A DNA stretch of 33,670 nucleotides, taken from contig JAZFYO010000326.1 of NCBI GenBank assembly GCA_036443615.1, forward strand, positions 1-33,670. The letters run 5' to 3'. Source of the DNA: Candidatus Binatia bacterium. Its GTDB lineage: Bacteria > Desulfobacterota > Binatia > UBA9968 > CAXXLF01. The notes below the pieces were generated by a model that was given only the letters and a program-made list of their open reading frames with translations, made no database searches and was not told where the DNA came from. This document shows positions 17,734-27,306 of this stretch, piece after piece; position 1 is the stretch's first letter; every line of letters begins with the position of its first letter. The position numbers were made by a program, and so were the translations under genes.

Positions 17734-19353
17734 ATGGAAAAAAACGCCCTCATAGCCATCGTTCTCTCCGTCTTGATTATCATCCTCTATCAATCATGGG
17801 TGAGTCGCTATTACGAACCTCCTCCCTCACCGATACAAGGGGAAGAAGAACCAAAAGAGGTCGCTCGCTTCCCAAAACCCTTGCGCAAGCTCCCTGAGCC
17901 CAAAGTGAAAATCAGCCCCACAGGTGCACAGCGGACAGCTAGGGACATCAAGGTCGAGACCGATCGGTACACGGCCATACTTACCAATCGCGGGGCGCGC
18001 CTGAAGAGTTTGCTCCTGAAGCAATACCGCGTCTCAGTCGAGGAGCAGAGCCCTCCCGTAGAGATGATCTCCTCTACACCGGGAGTCCCCTATCCACTGG
18101 GGATCCAGGTCCATGACCCAGTGCCTTTTAACGATGAGGAGATGGTTTACGATATCAAGAGTTATAGCCTGAGGCTCGCCGGTAATGCCAAAGGGACTCT
18201 CACCTTCCAAGGCCAGACCCCACAGGGGACAAGCTTGATCAAGAAGTTTACCTTTACCGGCTCCAGTTATGTGATCGAGCTAGAGGTCTCTATTGGAGGC
18301 GCGGACGGCTCTACACCTCCAAGCCTGCTTCTGAGCACCGGTGGAAAGAACAAAAACCTCACCCGGGATGCCATATTCGAAGGGCTACTGGCCCTCGCGG
18401 ATGGAAAGCTGATTCGCGAAGATGGAGAAGCGCTTAGCGAGGGGAAATATTTGAACGGCCAGATCTCCTGGGCCGGCTTTGGTTATACTTATTTTCTCTT
18501 TGCCTTGCTTCCCGAGGATGAGGGAAATCAGACACTCAGGGTAACCTCGACCGGACCCGGACTTCTGATGGACCTCGGAGGACAAACCGGAACGGGTGCG
18601 GGCGGAAAGACTCGCTACACCCTCTTCATAGGCCCCAAGGACTCCGATCATTTAAAGACTGTGGGAAGGGGATTGGAACGGTCCATTGATCTCGGCTGGT
18701 GGCTGTTTGCCATTGTCTCTGCTCCCGTACTCCAGATGCTGCGCTTCTCCCACCGCTATACGGGCAGCTACGGCCTCGACATTATCCTCCTCACCATCCT
18801 TATCAAGCTCCTCCTGGCCCCCCTGACACAAAAGAGCTTTGTCTCGATGAAGGCGATGCAAAAGCTGCAACCACAGATGCAGCGTATCAGGGAGAAATTC
18901 AAGGACGAAAAGGAGAAGATGAACAAAGAGATCATGGAGCTCTACAAGCGCAATAAGGTAAACCCCTTGGGTGGCTGTCTCCCGATGCTGCTCCAGATGC
19001 CGGTCTTTATCGGTCTCTACAATGCGCTGCGCACCCCCATTGAGCTGCGGCACGCCAATTTTCTGTGGATCAAAGACCTCTCACGTCCGGACTGGGAGTC
19101 CCTGCCCATAACCCTGATGGATTGGAATGTAGGGATTCCGATCCTGGTCCTTTTTATGGGCGCCAGCATGTTCGTGCAGCAATGGATGACCCCCACTGCC
19201 GGAGACCCCAATCAGAAGCGGATGATGTACATGATGCCGGTAGTTTTTACGGTAATGTTCGTGAATTTCCCTTCCGGGTTAACCATCTACTGGCTGGTGA
19301 ATAATGTCCTAACCATAGCGCAGCAGTACCTGATTAACCGTATGACCAAATAG
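17734..19353 (+). CDS. yidC: membrane protein insertase YidC
   Basis: 539 aa. N-terminal TM, a large periplasmic domain, then a conserved C-terminal core (LLTILIKLLLAPLTQKS, GGCLPMLLQMPVFIGLY, PSGLTIYWLVNNVLTIAQQ). Confidence 0.95.
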   Translation: MEKNALIAIVLSVLIIILYQSWVSRYYEPPPSPIQGEEEPKEVARFPKPLRKLPEPKVKISPTGAQRTARDIKVETDRYTAILTNRGARLKSLLLKQYRVSVEEQSPPVEMISSTPGVPYPLGIQVHDPVPFNDEEMVYDIKSYSLRLAGNAKGTLTFQGQTPQGTSLIKKFTFTGSSYVIELEVSIGGADGSTPPSLLLSTGGKNKNLTRDAIFEGLLALADGKLIREDGEALSEGKYLNGQISWAGFGYTYFLFALLPEDEGNQTLRVTSTGPGLLMDLGGQTGTGAGGKTRYTLFIGPKDSDHLKTVGRGLERSIDLGWWLFAIVSAPVLQMLRFSHRYTGSYGLDIILLTILIKLLLAPLTQKSFVSMKAMQKLQPQMQRIREKFKDEKEKMNKEIMELYKRNKVNPLGGCLPMLLQMPVFIGLYNALRTPIELRHANFLWIKDLSRPDWESLPITLMDWNVGIPILVLFMGASMFVQQWMTPTAGDPNQKRMMYMMPVVFTVMFVNFPSGLTIYWLVNNVLTIAQQYLINRMTK

Positions 19354-19381
19354 AACCGACTCTGCTGGAGGTAGTTTATTC

Positions 19382-20104
19382 ATGGATCACGTGGAAGCAG
19401 AAGGTGAAACCATTGACGCAGCTATAGAGAACGCCCTGAATACTCTAGGAGTAGAGCGCGAGCGAGTGACGGTCGAAATTCTCACCGACGGGAAAAAGGG
19501 AATTTTCGGAATCGGAGCACGCAAGGCCAAAGTACGAGTCTCGCTGCGAAGGGCCTTGATCCTAGACATGGAAGCCCGGGAAGAAAAACAGCCTCCTGCA
19601 GACAGAACAACGGAGAAAAGTGTATCCGCAGTGGGGGAAAGGGGAAAGGAAATATTGGCCGAGATCCTTAGGCTGATGGGAATGCAAGCATCGATCGAGA
19701 TTAAATCTGGAGAGACCGAGGAAGAGATAGTTCTCAACATCCGTGGAGAGAACGGCGGCCTTCTGATCGGACGCAGGGGACAGACCTTGGAAGCGTTGCA
19801 GTACATCCTCACTCGCGCGGTGGGGGAAAGGCCTGGGACGGAAGGCCCGCAACTCATCGTGGACACCGAAAATTACCATGACCGCAGGAAAAAGACACTG
19901 GAGGACATGGCCCTGCGGCTGGGGGAAGAGGCCAAGAGGAAAAGGAAGTCTGTCGGCATAGACTCCCTTAGCGCACGCGACCGCCGCATCATTCACCTAG
20001 CCCTGGAAGATGACCCCTGGCTTACTACTAAAAGTCTGGGCAAAGGGGCCTATCGCCGTCTTCTCATCATCCCTGAAGGGGACAGGAAGAAAAAGGAGCA
20101 ATAA
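19382..20104 (+). CDS. jag: Jag/KhpB-type RNA-binding protein (Jag_N, KH and R3H domains)
   Basis: 240 aa, directly after yidC. Has a KH-like region (GGLLIGRRGQTLEALQYIL) and an R3H region (LSARDRRIIHLAL). GGAGG lies 11 nt upstream. Confidence 0.85.
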   Translation: MDHVEAEGETIDAAIENALNTLGVERERVTVEILTDGKKGIFGIGARKAKVRVSLRRALILDMEAREEKQPPADRTTEKSVSAVGERGKEILAEILRLMGMQASIEIKSGETEEEIVLNIRGENGGLLIGRRGQTLEALQYILTRAVGERPGTEGPQLIVDTENYHDRRKKTLEDMALRLGEEAKRKRKSVGIDSLSARDRRIIHLALEDDPWLTTKSLGKGAYRRLLIIPEGDRKKKEQ

Positions 20105-20236
20105 CCGGCACGCTCCAAGGTAACACCTTTGGAGGTGTATGATCTTATAATCCGAGCAGTCAGCAAGAATTGGCTTCTTCAGAATTGAGTGGCTTGAGAT
20201 TTGGAGCTAGGATAGAAACGATCCGTTTCACAGAAT

Positions 20237-20277
20237 AAAAAAAAGGGGGAAGACCCGACCTGTCTTCCCCCTTTTTT
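20237..20277. terminator. bidirectional rho-independent terminator
   Basis: A8 - GGGGGAAGAC (20245..20254) - 7-nt loop - GTCTTCCCCC (20262..20271) - T6. Lies about 20 nt past the RRM gene stop (minus strand) and about 130 nt past the jag stop (plus strand). Confidence 0.85.
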
Positions 20278-20298
20278 ATTATCTGTCCTAAGTAAAAA

Positions 20299-20628
20299 CT
20301 ACCAGCGGTCGCGTCTGCCGCCCCCGCCCCCGCCACCTTTACCTCTATCTCTATCTCTGCCGCCTCCACCAGACCTCGATTCCTGTGGCCGTGCCTCATT
20401 GACGGTGAGCTCGCGCCCCTCAAGCTGTGTGCCGTTGAGGGCGTCAATAGCCTTTTTGGCCTCTTCGTCACTGCTCATCTCCACAAAACCGAAGCCCCGT
20501 GACCGACCGGTAAATTTGTCCGAGATCACCCGGGCTGACTCAACGGTCCCGTGCTCCTTAAAAATCTCCTCAAGCTGGCCATCAGTTACCGCAAAAGGAA
20601 GCCCGCCAACGTAGAGCTTATTTCCCAT
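20299..20628 (-). CDS. glycine/arginine-rich RRM-type RNA-binding protein
   Basis: I place the start at ATG 20626..20628, with AAGGAGGAG upstream (the track extends to 20721). MGNKLYVGGLPF (RNP2), RGFGFVEM (RNP1) and the tail SRSGGGGRDRDRGKGGGGGGGRRDRW. 109 aa. Confidence 0.9.
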   Translation of the reverse strand: MGNKLYVGGLPFAVTDGQLEEIFKEHGTVESARVISDKFTGRSRGFGFVEMSSDEEAKKAIDALNGTQLEGRELTVNEARPQESRSGGGGRDRDRGKGGGGGGGRRDRW

Positions 20629-21070
20629 ATTCTCCTCCTTATGGAGATTGTTAATGTCTTCAACCCTGTAATACTGACTACTAATAGGAGCAGAACATGG
20701 AGACTGGATAACTGGAACCAAGCTCTGGTCGGTTGTTCCTTTAGGGTCTCGTTATCAAGGTAAGACTTAATAGGCCTTCAACTCTCTTAACCATCCATCC
20801 CCAGGAGGCCTTATACCGAAGACAAGCCAAATCTACGCCTTTTTCATAGATTGTCAAACTGCGGGGATCCAAGCCTCGAAGCCTAATCCAATGACCTCAA
20901 TTGCTGCCCATTCATTTACGGCTTGATGAACCCCATGGCCGAATCCATCTAAACCGGTCACGTAAAAGGCCTTATCAGTCATCTCATTTCGAGCCCGTGC
21001 GATTAAGCGCCACAGGTGTGATCGGATGGGCTAGGGGGGCGGATGTTTGACAAAATTAAGTAAAAAAGTT

Positions 21071-21098
21071 AATAATGACCGGTTGGTCGGTCATTATT
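21071..21098. promoter_or_regulatory. probable TetR operator (11-bp perfect inverted repeat)
   Basis: AATAATGACCG-gttggt-CGGTCATTATT, ending 15 nt before the tetR-family ATG. TTGACA at 21047..21052 lies 17-18 nt upstream of an A/T-rich -10-like TAATAA that overlaps the left half-site. Confidence 0.5.
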
Positions 21099-21112
21099 AA
21101 ATAGATACGTAA

Positions 21113-21715
21113 ATGCCTATAATTGTTGATAAAAATAAAAAACGCAGAGAGATTCTCCAGGCAGCTATGCAGGTCTTTGCTAGAGAGGGCTACCACCGAG
21201 CAAAGATCGAGGCAGTCGCAGAGGAAGCCGGTATAGGCAAAGGAACCGTTTACGAATACTTCAGGAGTAAGACCGATCTCTTCCTGGCACTACACGAGCA
21301 TATGTTGTCCGAGTTGAAGAACTTTTACATGAAAGAGCTAGCCGAGATTCGCGAGCCCTCTCTTATGCTAGAGCGGTTCATCGCGGCGGCTTTTCAGACC
21401 TTTCGCCTATGGGAGCCATTTTTTCTGGTGTTTTTCGATTTCTGGGCCGAAGGTGGCCGGGGGGAACAGCAAACCCTTCTCCAGACGCGCCTCAGGGATG
21501 CATATGCGGCCTCGCGGTCCGATGTGGCGGCTATCATCACCGCAGGGGTTAAGGACGGGGCTTTTCGGTGCGAATACCCGTTATTAGCTGCCTCCAGCAT
21601 CCTGGCCTCCTTAGACGGACTTGTCCTTCAGTGGCTCTGCGACCGCGAGGCTTTCGACCTAGACTCGATGCGTGAAATGTTTTCCCAAACAATCTTACGG
21701 AGCCTCCGTCCATGA
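21113..21715 (+). CDS. TetR/AcrR-family transcriptional regulator
   Basis: 200 aa. The N-terminal HTH is REILQAAMQVFAREGYHRAKIEAVAEEAGIGKGTVYEYFRSKTDLF. Confidence 0.85.
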   Translation: MPIIVDKNKKRREILQAAMQVFAREGYHRAKIEAVAEEAGIGKGTVYEYFRSKTDLFLALHEHMLSELKNFYMKELAEIREPSLMLERFIAAAFQTFRLWEPFFLVFFDFWAEGGRGEQQTLLQTRLRDAYAASRSDVAAIITAGVKDGAFRCEYPLLAASSILASLDGLVLQWLCDREAFDLDSMREMFSQTILRSLRP

Positions 21716-22962
21716 CGAGACGCAACCTCTCCTTTCTTATCATCCTGGCGCTGGCGCTCCTGACGGCAGGTGGTGTTTATCTGATCCAGGCGATAGATGA
21801 ACCACGCCAGCCCAAGCCGGAACCAATCCCCGTGCCAGTGGAAGTAGCCAATATTGCTCCACGAGACTTCACTTACCGCATAGAGTCATTGGGGACCATC
21901 CAGGCCATCCGAGAGGCAGCAGTCGGTGTCGAAGTCTCGGGCCCCATCACGCTGATCCCTCCAGAGGTCGCCCTAGGTGCTACCGTAGAGCAAGGGACGT
22001 TGCTAGCTGAAATTGATCCTACCCCTTTTCGAATCGAGCTGAGCCGTCGAGAAGCCCTTGTGGCCCGCGCCCGGGCAGAGGTCCGGGGGCGGGAGGTTGA
22101 TCTGGCTCGACAAAAAGCACTCATCCCCCTTAGTCGGATGAAGCTTCGTCTTGCCCGTGCCGAGCATAAACGACTGGAGGATCTGCTTGAGAGAGAATTG
22201 ATCGCCCGGCAAGATTTAGAGCGTACCGAAATGGTCGTCCGTGGCATTCAGGAGGAGCTGGAGCGAACCGAAAGTGGGCTGCGGGAAGCGGAGGTGCAGC
22301 ACGCGGTCACGAAAGCTGACCTGGCAAGAGCCCTGGCTGAGAAGGAGCGGGCGCGGGAGGATCTGGCGGACACCCAGGTGCGAGCACCCTTCGCAGGAGT
22401 CGTTGCCGAAAAACAGATTACTCTAGGAGAGCAGGTCGCCCCCGGCAAGGTCCTTTTTCGTCTAGTGGACCTTACCGTCGTGAAGCTCCTAGTACGGATT
22501 CCTCCAGATGACATCGATTTTCTGCGTACCGGCATTATAGCGGACGTGAGCGTTAGCGGCTTACCCGGGAAGTTTCAAGGTCGGGTCGAACACATCGGAC
22601 CCAGCGCAGACAGCGAAACACGGACTTTTCCTGTAGAGGTGCTGGTTGAAAACAAGGCCTCAAATCGACTCCTTCCCGGAATGTTTGCCCGAGCCAAAAT
22701 TCCGGTGCGCACCTATCCACAAGCCATCCTGATTCCGCGCACAAGTGTTCTCAGGGACCATGGAGAACCGGTAGTTTTTATTGCCGACATGAAGCGCGGG
22801 ACTGCACACCGCCGCCCCGTAATCATCTCTAGGACCTTTGGATCTCGCCACCTCATCCATGAGGGACTCCAAGGCGGGGATCTTCTGATCATTACCGGAC
22901 AACGACTGCTCCTGGAGGGCGCCGCGATTCGTGTGACGGGGAATCTAGAGCTTAAGCCATGA
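21712..22962 (+). CDS. efflux RND periplasmic adaptor (HlyD/MFP family)
   Basis: 416 aa. ATGA overlap with the tetR stop. N-terminal TM, a long coiled-coil (LSRREALVARARAEV...ERAREDLADTQVRAPFAGVV) and beta-barrel motifs. Confidence 0.85.
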   Translation: MTRRNLSFLIILALALLTAGGVYLIQAIDEPRQPKPEPIPVPVEVANIAPRDFTYRIESLGTIQAIREAAVGVEVSGPITLIPPEVALGATVEQGTLLAEIDPTPFRIELSRREALVARARAEVRGREVDLARQKALIPLSRMKLRLARAEHKRLEDLLERELIARQDLERTEMVVRGIQEELERTESGLREAEVQHAVTKADLARALAEKERAREDLADTQVRAPFAGVVAEKQITLGEQVAPGKVLFRLVDLTVVKLLVRIPPDDIDFLRTGIIADVSVSGLPGKFQGRVEHIGPSADSETRTFPVEVLVENKASNRLLPGMFARAKIPVRTYPQAILIPRTSVLRDHGEPVVFIADMKRGTAHRRPVIISRTFGSRHLIHEGLQGGDLLIITGQRLLLEGAAIRVTGNLELKP

Positions 22963-25900
22963 AAACCCTGATAGAGTTCTCCGTCCACAATCGGGTCTTG
23001 GTAAACCTGCTCACCCTATTCGTCCTAGGGGCAGGGATAGTGACCTATCTCCGGATGCACCGGGAGATGTTTCCAGAGTTTTCCCGCCAGGCGGTCAAGG
23101 TTATGACCGAGTATCAAGGGGCGTCCCCAGTGGAGGTGGAGAAGCTCATCACGGCAAAAATCGAGGAGGAGGTAGCGGATATCGACGACTTGGATGAGCT
23201 CTTGTCAGTGTCACAGGAAGGTCAGTCAGAGATCCTACTGAAGTTCCAACCCGATACCGATATGAGTCGAGCCCTGAGTGACGTTCGGGCGGCCCTGGAC
23301 AATGTCACCGATCTCCCAGAAGAGGCCGAGGAACCTAAGGTGAGCGAAGTAAAGTCCACCTTCCCTGTGATCACTGTATCTTTGTCAGGGGACATCGACG
23401 AGGGAACGCTCCAGGAGATGGCCAAGGACCTCCGTGACGAGCTGCGTCGAGTCCGAGGAGTGGCCGCTGTCGGTATCCTAGGGATCCGGGAGCGGCAGAT
23501 CTGGGTTGAGGTGAACCCCGAACGACTCGACCAGTACCTCCTGAGCCTGGATGACCTCAGGACGGCTATTGCCAGCCACAACCGGAACGTCCCTGGAGGA
23601 ACCTTGAAGACTCCCCGAGGAGAGGTCCTCTTACGAACTTTAGGTGAGGCAGAAGGGGTCCGTGACGTGGAACGAATCATTCTCCGGGCCAAGAAGGACG
23701 GCCATCCCCTGACCATAGGAGAGGTCTCAACGGTACGGGAGACATTCAAGGATGCCACAACCATGGCACGCTTCAACGGACAACCAGCCATCAACCTGGT
23801 GGTCGCCAAGGAACGAAATGGAGATGCCATTGACATCGCCAGACGCATCCGACTCTTAGTGGAGAAAGTCAGGGGAAGGCTGCCGGAGACCGTAACCGTT
23901 GGGCTCTACAATGACTTTTCAGTCTTTATTCAAAACCGGCTGAATACATTGCGGTGGAGCGGAATGGTGGGGCTCGTCATTATCTTAACGACCCTATGGG
24001 CCTTCGTACGGGCCCGAATTGCCTTTCTGACCGCACTTGGAATTCCATTCGCCATGATGGGTGGGATTATCCTCATGTCGGCGTATGGGATCAGCCTGAA
24101 TATGGTTTCGCTCTTTGGCCTGATCCTGGTCTTAGGCCTCTTGGTTGACGATGCCGTTATTGTGACCGAAAACGTCTATCGCTACGTTGAAAATGGATTG
24201 GACTCCCGGCAAGCAGCCATCAGGGGGACCACAGAAGTGGCCTGGCCGGTAGTGGCAACGGTAATTACCACGGTATCCGCATTTGTCCCGCTATTGATGA
24301 TCCCAGGCACCATGGGAGTCTTTCTCTCAGTCATCCCTGTGGTGGTCTCCTTTACCCTGCTCGCGTCGCTCCTGGAGGTCCTTCTGATCCTCCCATCTCA
24401 CCTGGCAGACATTATCACCCCAGCATACGCTCAACAGGTCCGCCATCGGGAGCTTCCCTGGTTGTTATGGTCCCGCAACACTTACAGGAGTCTACTGGCC
24501 ATGGCGCTGAGATGGCGTTATGTGTCGGTTGGCTGCCTGGTCTCCCTAACCATGGTGCTAGGGGCTGCGGCCCTCTACCGAATTCCCTTTGTCTTGTTTC
24601 GGGAGTTCGAGTCTTCCCAGTTCATGGTCAACTTTGAAACCTCTCCTGGATCTAAGATCGAGGATACGCTCGAGATCGCCAAGAAGGCCGAGCAGGTGGG
24701 GCTAAATTTACCCGCCGGGGAACTCAAGTCACTGGCGACCAACGTAGGGATTAGCTTCCTGGACGTTCACCGGGCAGAACGCGGTCCCAACCTGGCGCAG
24801 CTGATGGTGGAGCTCGATGAGGACCGGCGGCAAAGCGTGGACGACGTGATCGCGGAACTAAGAGCCGGCATGGAGCAAATCCCAGGTATCACCAAGATCC
24901 AGTTCCTAAAGATCCAGGCCGGCCCTGGGGGGCCGGCCATCGAGGCGCGAGTCGTGGGGGACAAGATTCAAGTCCTGCGCAAACTGGCAAATGAAATGAA
25001 AGGGTTCCTGCAAGGGATTTCCGGCGTACGAGACATTCGGGATGACTTTACAGAGGGAAAGGAGGAACTACAGATCACCCTGCGATCCGAGGCGCGAGCC
25101 CTGGGACTGGACCTGGGTCAGATTGCGCGCCAGGTCCAGCAGGGATTCCTGGGGGTAGAGGCCTCAACCATCCAGCGGCGGGACGAGAATGTACCTATAA
25201 TCATTCGCTTTCCTGAAGCGCTTCGAGGAAGCCTGGAGACCGTTGCCAGGATGAAGCTCACGCTGCCCTCGGGCCAACGCGTATTCCTCCGGGACGTAGC
25301 CCAGCTGGAAACCGCCGTTGGCACAAGCAAGATTCGGCGTGATGACCAGAAGCGCGCCATCACCGTCTTAGCCGATATCGATTCTCGCGAGGCGAATGTC
25401 TACAAGGTCACAGAACGTTTGAAGCGGAAGTTCAGCAATGTAGGCAGCCGCTTCCCCGGATACCGCGTCATTGTCAAGGGAGAACGCCAGGAGGTGGAAG
25501 AATCACTGGCATCCCTGCCACAGATCTCGGTGATCTCCCTTTTGTTGATCTATTTCATCCTAGGCTCACTCTTCAAATCCTTCGTCCAGCCTTTCATAGT
25601 CATAGCCGCTATCCCCTTTGCCGTTAATGGAGTGATTATCGGACACCTCATTATGGGAGACCCCCTGAGTTTTCTCTCCATGATGGGGCTGATTGCGCTC
25701 GCGGGGATAGTGGTCAACGATTCTCTGATCCTAGTGGATTTCATCAACCGGGCCCGCAAAGAAGGGGTGCCACGAGACGAGGCGATCCTGGTCTCTGGGG
25801 TAGCACGCCTCAGGCCAGTTCTGCTCACTACGATTACCACTGTGGGCGGCCTGATCCCCCTGGCCTTCTTCGCCACAGGACAAGCCAAGTTTCTATCTCC

Positions 25901-26060
25901 CATGGCCGTCGCCGTGGTCTGGGGTCTCTCCTTTGCCACCATTCTCACACTCATCCTTATCCCCTGCCTGTATGCCATGTTGGACGACCTCGCGGCTCTG
26001 CTCAGGCGTTTCTTCGGTATCCAGACAAGGCCTTTGCTCCCCACCACCTCCGAACCCTGA
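22959..26060 (+). CDS. RND efflux transporter permease (AcrB/HAE family)
   Basis: 1033 aa. ATGA overlap with the adaptor gene. Duplicated 6-TM modules with VDDAVIVTENV and VVNDSLILVDF motifs. Confidence 0.92.
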   Translation: MKTLIEFSVHNRVLVNLLTLFVLGAGIVTYLRMHREMFPEFSRQAVKVMTEYQGASPVEVEKLITAKIEEEVADIDDLDELLSVSQEGQSEILLKFQPDTDMSRALSDVRAALDNVTDLPEEAEEPKVSEVKSTFPVITVSLSGDIDEGTLQEMAKDLRDELRRVRGVAAVGILGIRERQIWVEVNPERLDQYLLSLDDLRTAIASHNRNVPGGTLKTPRGEVLLRTLGEAEGVRDVERIILRAKKDGHPLTIGEVSTVRETFKDATTMARFNGQPAINLVVAKERNGDAIDIARRIRLLVEKVRGRLPETVTVGLYNDFSVFIQNRLNTLRWSGMVGLVIILTTLWAFVRARIAFLTALGIPFAMMGGIILMSAYGISLNMVSLFGLILVLGLLVDDAVIVTENVYRYVENGLDSRQAAIRGTTEVAWPVVATVITTVSAFVPLLMIPGTMGVFLSVIPVVVSFTLLASLLEVLLILPSHLADIITPAYAQQVRHRELPWLLWSRNTYRSLLAMALRWRYVSVGCLVSLTMVLGAAALYRIPFVLFREFESSQFMVNFETSPGSKIEDTLEIAKKAEQVGLNLPAGELKSLATNVGISFLDVHRAERGPNLAQLMVELDEDRRQSVDDVIAELRAGMEQIPGITKIQFLKIQAGPGGPAIEARVVGDKIQVLRKLANEMKGFLQGISGVRDIRDDFTEGKEELQITLRSEARALGLDLGQIARQVQQGFLGVEASTIQRRDENVPIIIRFPEALRGSLETVARMKLTLPSGQRVFLRDVAQLETAVGTSKIRRDDQKRAITVLADIDSREANVYKVTERLKRKFSNVGSRFPGYRVIVKGERQEVEESLASLPQISVISLLLIYFILGSLFKSFVQPFIVIAAIPFAVNGVIIGHLIMGDPLSFLSMMGLIALAGIVVNDSLILVDFINRARKEGVPRDEAILVSGVARLRPVLLTTITTVGGLIPLAFFATGQAKFLSPMAVAVVWGLSFATILTLILIPCLYAMLDDLAALLRRFFGIQTRPLLPTTSEP

Positions 26061-26129
26061 TTGAGCCATCAGTTTTCTAAGCAGTGTTGATGCCTCTGCG
26101 CTCCGGTTCCGTGCACCCAGAAACCATTG

Positions 26130-26159
26130 TTGACACCTCTTTGGTCGCTCCATTATAGT
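26130..26159 (+). promoter_or_regulatory. putative sigma70 promoter of ispG
   Basis: TTGACA (26130..26135), an 18-nt spacer, then TATAGT (26154..26159). The preferred ispG ATG (26166) lies 7 nt after the -10. Confidence 0.35.
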
Positions 26160-26165
26160 GGGATA

Positions 26166-27263
26166 ATGGTCTCGCGTAGAAAATCCCGTGAAATTCAAGT
26201 CGGCAGTGTCAGAATTGGAGGGGAGGCCCCGATAACAGTCCAATCCATGACCAAAACGGACACCCGTGACGTGGATTCTACCGTTCTTCAGATATGGGCT
26301 TTGGAGGCAGCGGGCTGTGACATTGTGAGAGTGGCAGTTCCAGTTCGCGAGGCGGCGGAACGACTCGGAGAGCTGAAAAAAAAGATCCGCATCCCTCTCA
26401 TTGCCGATATTCACTTCAATTACAAACTTGCCCTCATGGCCTTGGAACAGGGTGTGGACGGCCTGCGCCTCAACCCAGGCAACATCGGTCCTCTCTGGTG
26501 CATCAAGGAGGTCGTCAAATTGGCATCTGAGCGTAGGATCCCCATTCGTATTGGGGTTAATGGGGGGTCCCTAGAGAAGGACCTCCTGCAGAAGTTTGAT
26601 GGCCCAACAGCTGATGCCATGGTAGAGAGCGCCCTGCGCCATATCCGAATATTGGAGGACCTCGGTTACTGCGAAATCAAGATCTCCCTGAAATCATCAG
26701 ACCCAAGTGTGATGATTGAGGCCTACCGGATGCTCGCTGACAGGGTTGATTACCCTTTTCACCTAGGCGTCACCGAGGCGGGAACTCCCACCATGGGCAC
26801 TGTGAAGTCAGCGGTGGGAATCGGAACACTCTTAGCTGAAGGTATCGGCGACACTATCCGCGTCTCTCTCTCCGCTGATCCAGTCGAGGAGGTACGGGTG
26901 GGAATGGAAATCCTCAAATCGCTGGGTCTACGAAAGGAGGGACTCAACTTTGTCGCTTGCCCCTCCTGTGGTCGCGCAGACATCGACCTCGTGGGCCTGG
27001 CGAAAGAAGTGGAACAACGCATGCTGCCTTTCAGCAACAAGGATATCCACGTGGCCGTCATGGGTTGTGAGGTGAACGGCCCCGGGGAGGCCAGGGGCGC
27101 CGAGATCGGCGTTGCCGGAGGGAAGGGCATCGGTCTCATCTTCAAAAAAGGCGAAGTGATCCGCAAGGTACCAGAGACTCAAATCGTAGAGGCCCTGATG
27201 GAGGAGGTGGAAAAGTTGGTGGCAGAGAAAGAAGCGGCAAAAGCAGCAATTCTAGACGACTAA
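26166..27263 (+). CDS. ispG: 4-hydroxy-3-methylbut-2-en-1-yl diphosphate synthase
   Basis: MVSRRKSREIQVGSVRIGGEAPITVQSMT is the typical IspG N-terminus. Later motifs are LRLNPGNIG, RIGVNGGSL and the [4Fe-4S] cysteines CPSCGR...GCEVNGPGE. The track start is TTG 26127; 26166 is an in-frame ATG. Confidence 0.92.
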   Translation: MVSRRKSREIQVGSVRIGGEAPITVQSMTKTDTRDVDSTVLQIWALEAAGCDIVRVAVPVREAAERLGELKKKIRIPLIADIHFNYKLALMALEQGVDGLRLNPGNIGPLWCIKEVVKLASERRIPIRIGVNGGSLEKDLLQKFDGPTADAMVESALRHIRILEDLGYCEIKISLKSSDPSVMIEAYRMLADRVDYPFHLGVTEAGTPTMGTVKSAVGIGTLLAEGIGDTIRVSLSADPVEEVRVGMEILKSLGLRKEGLNFVACPSCGRADIDLVGLAKEVEQRMLPFSNKDIHVAVMGCEVNGPGEARGAEIGVAGGKGIGLIFKKGEVIRKVPETQIVEALMEEVEKLVAEKEAAKAAILDD

Positions 27264-27306
27264 TCACTTTATTCTCCATCTCGGTTCCATTTCACAAGAG
27301 AAGATC

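Noticed and set aside
20854-20982. 42-aa minus-strand ORF (MTDKAFYVTGLDGFGHGVHQAVNEWAAIEVIGLGFEAWIPAV) divergent from tetR
   Set aside because: It is short, has no SD and no recognisable family. It might be a gene remnant, but I cannot support that.
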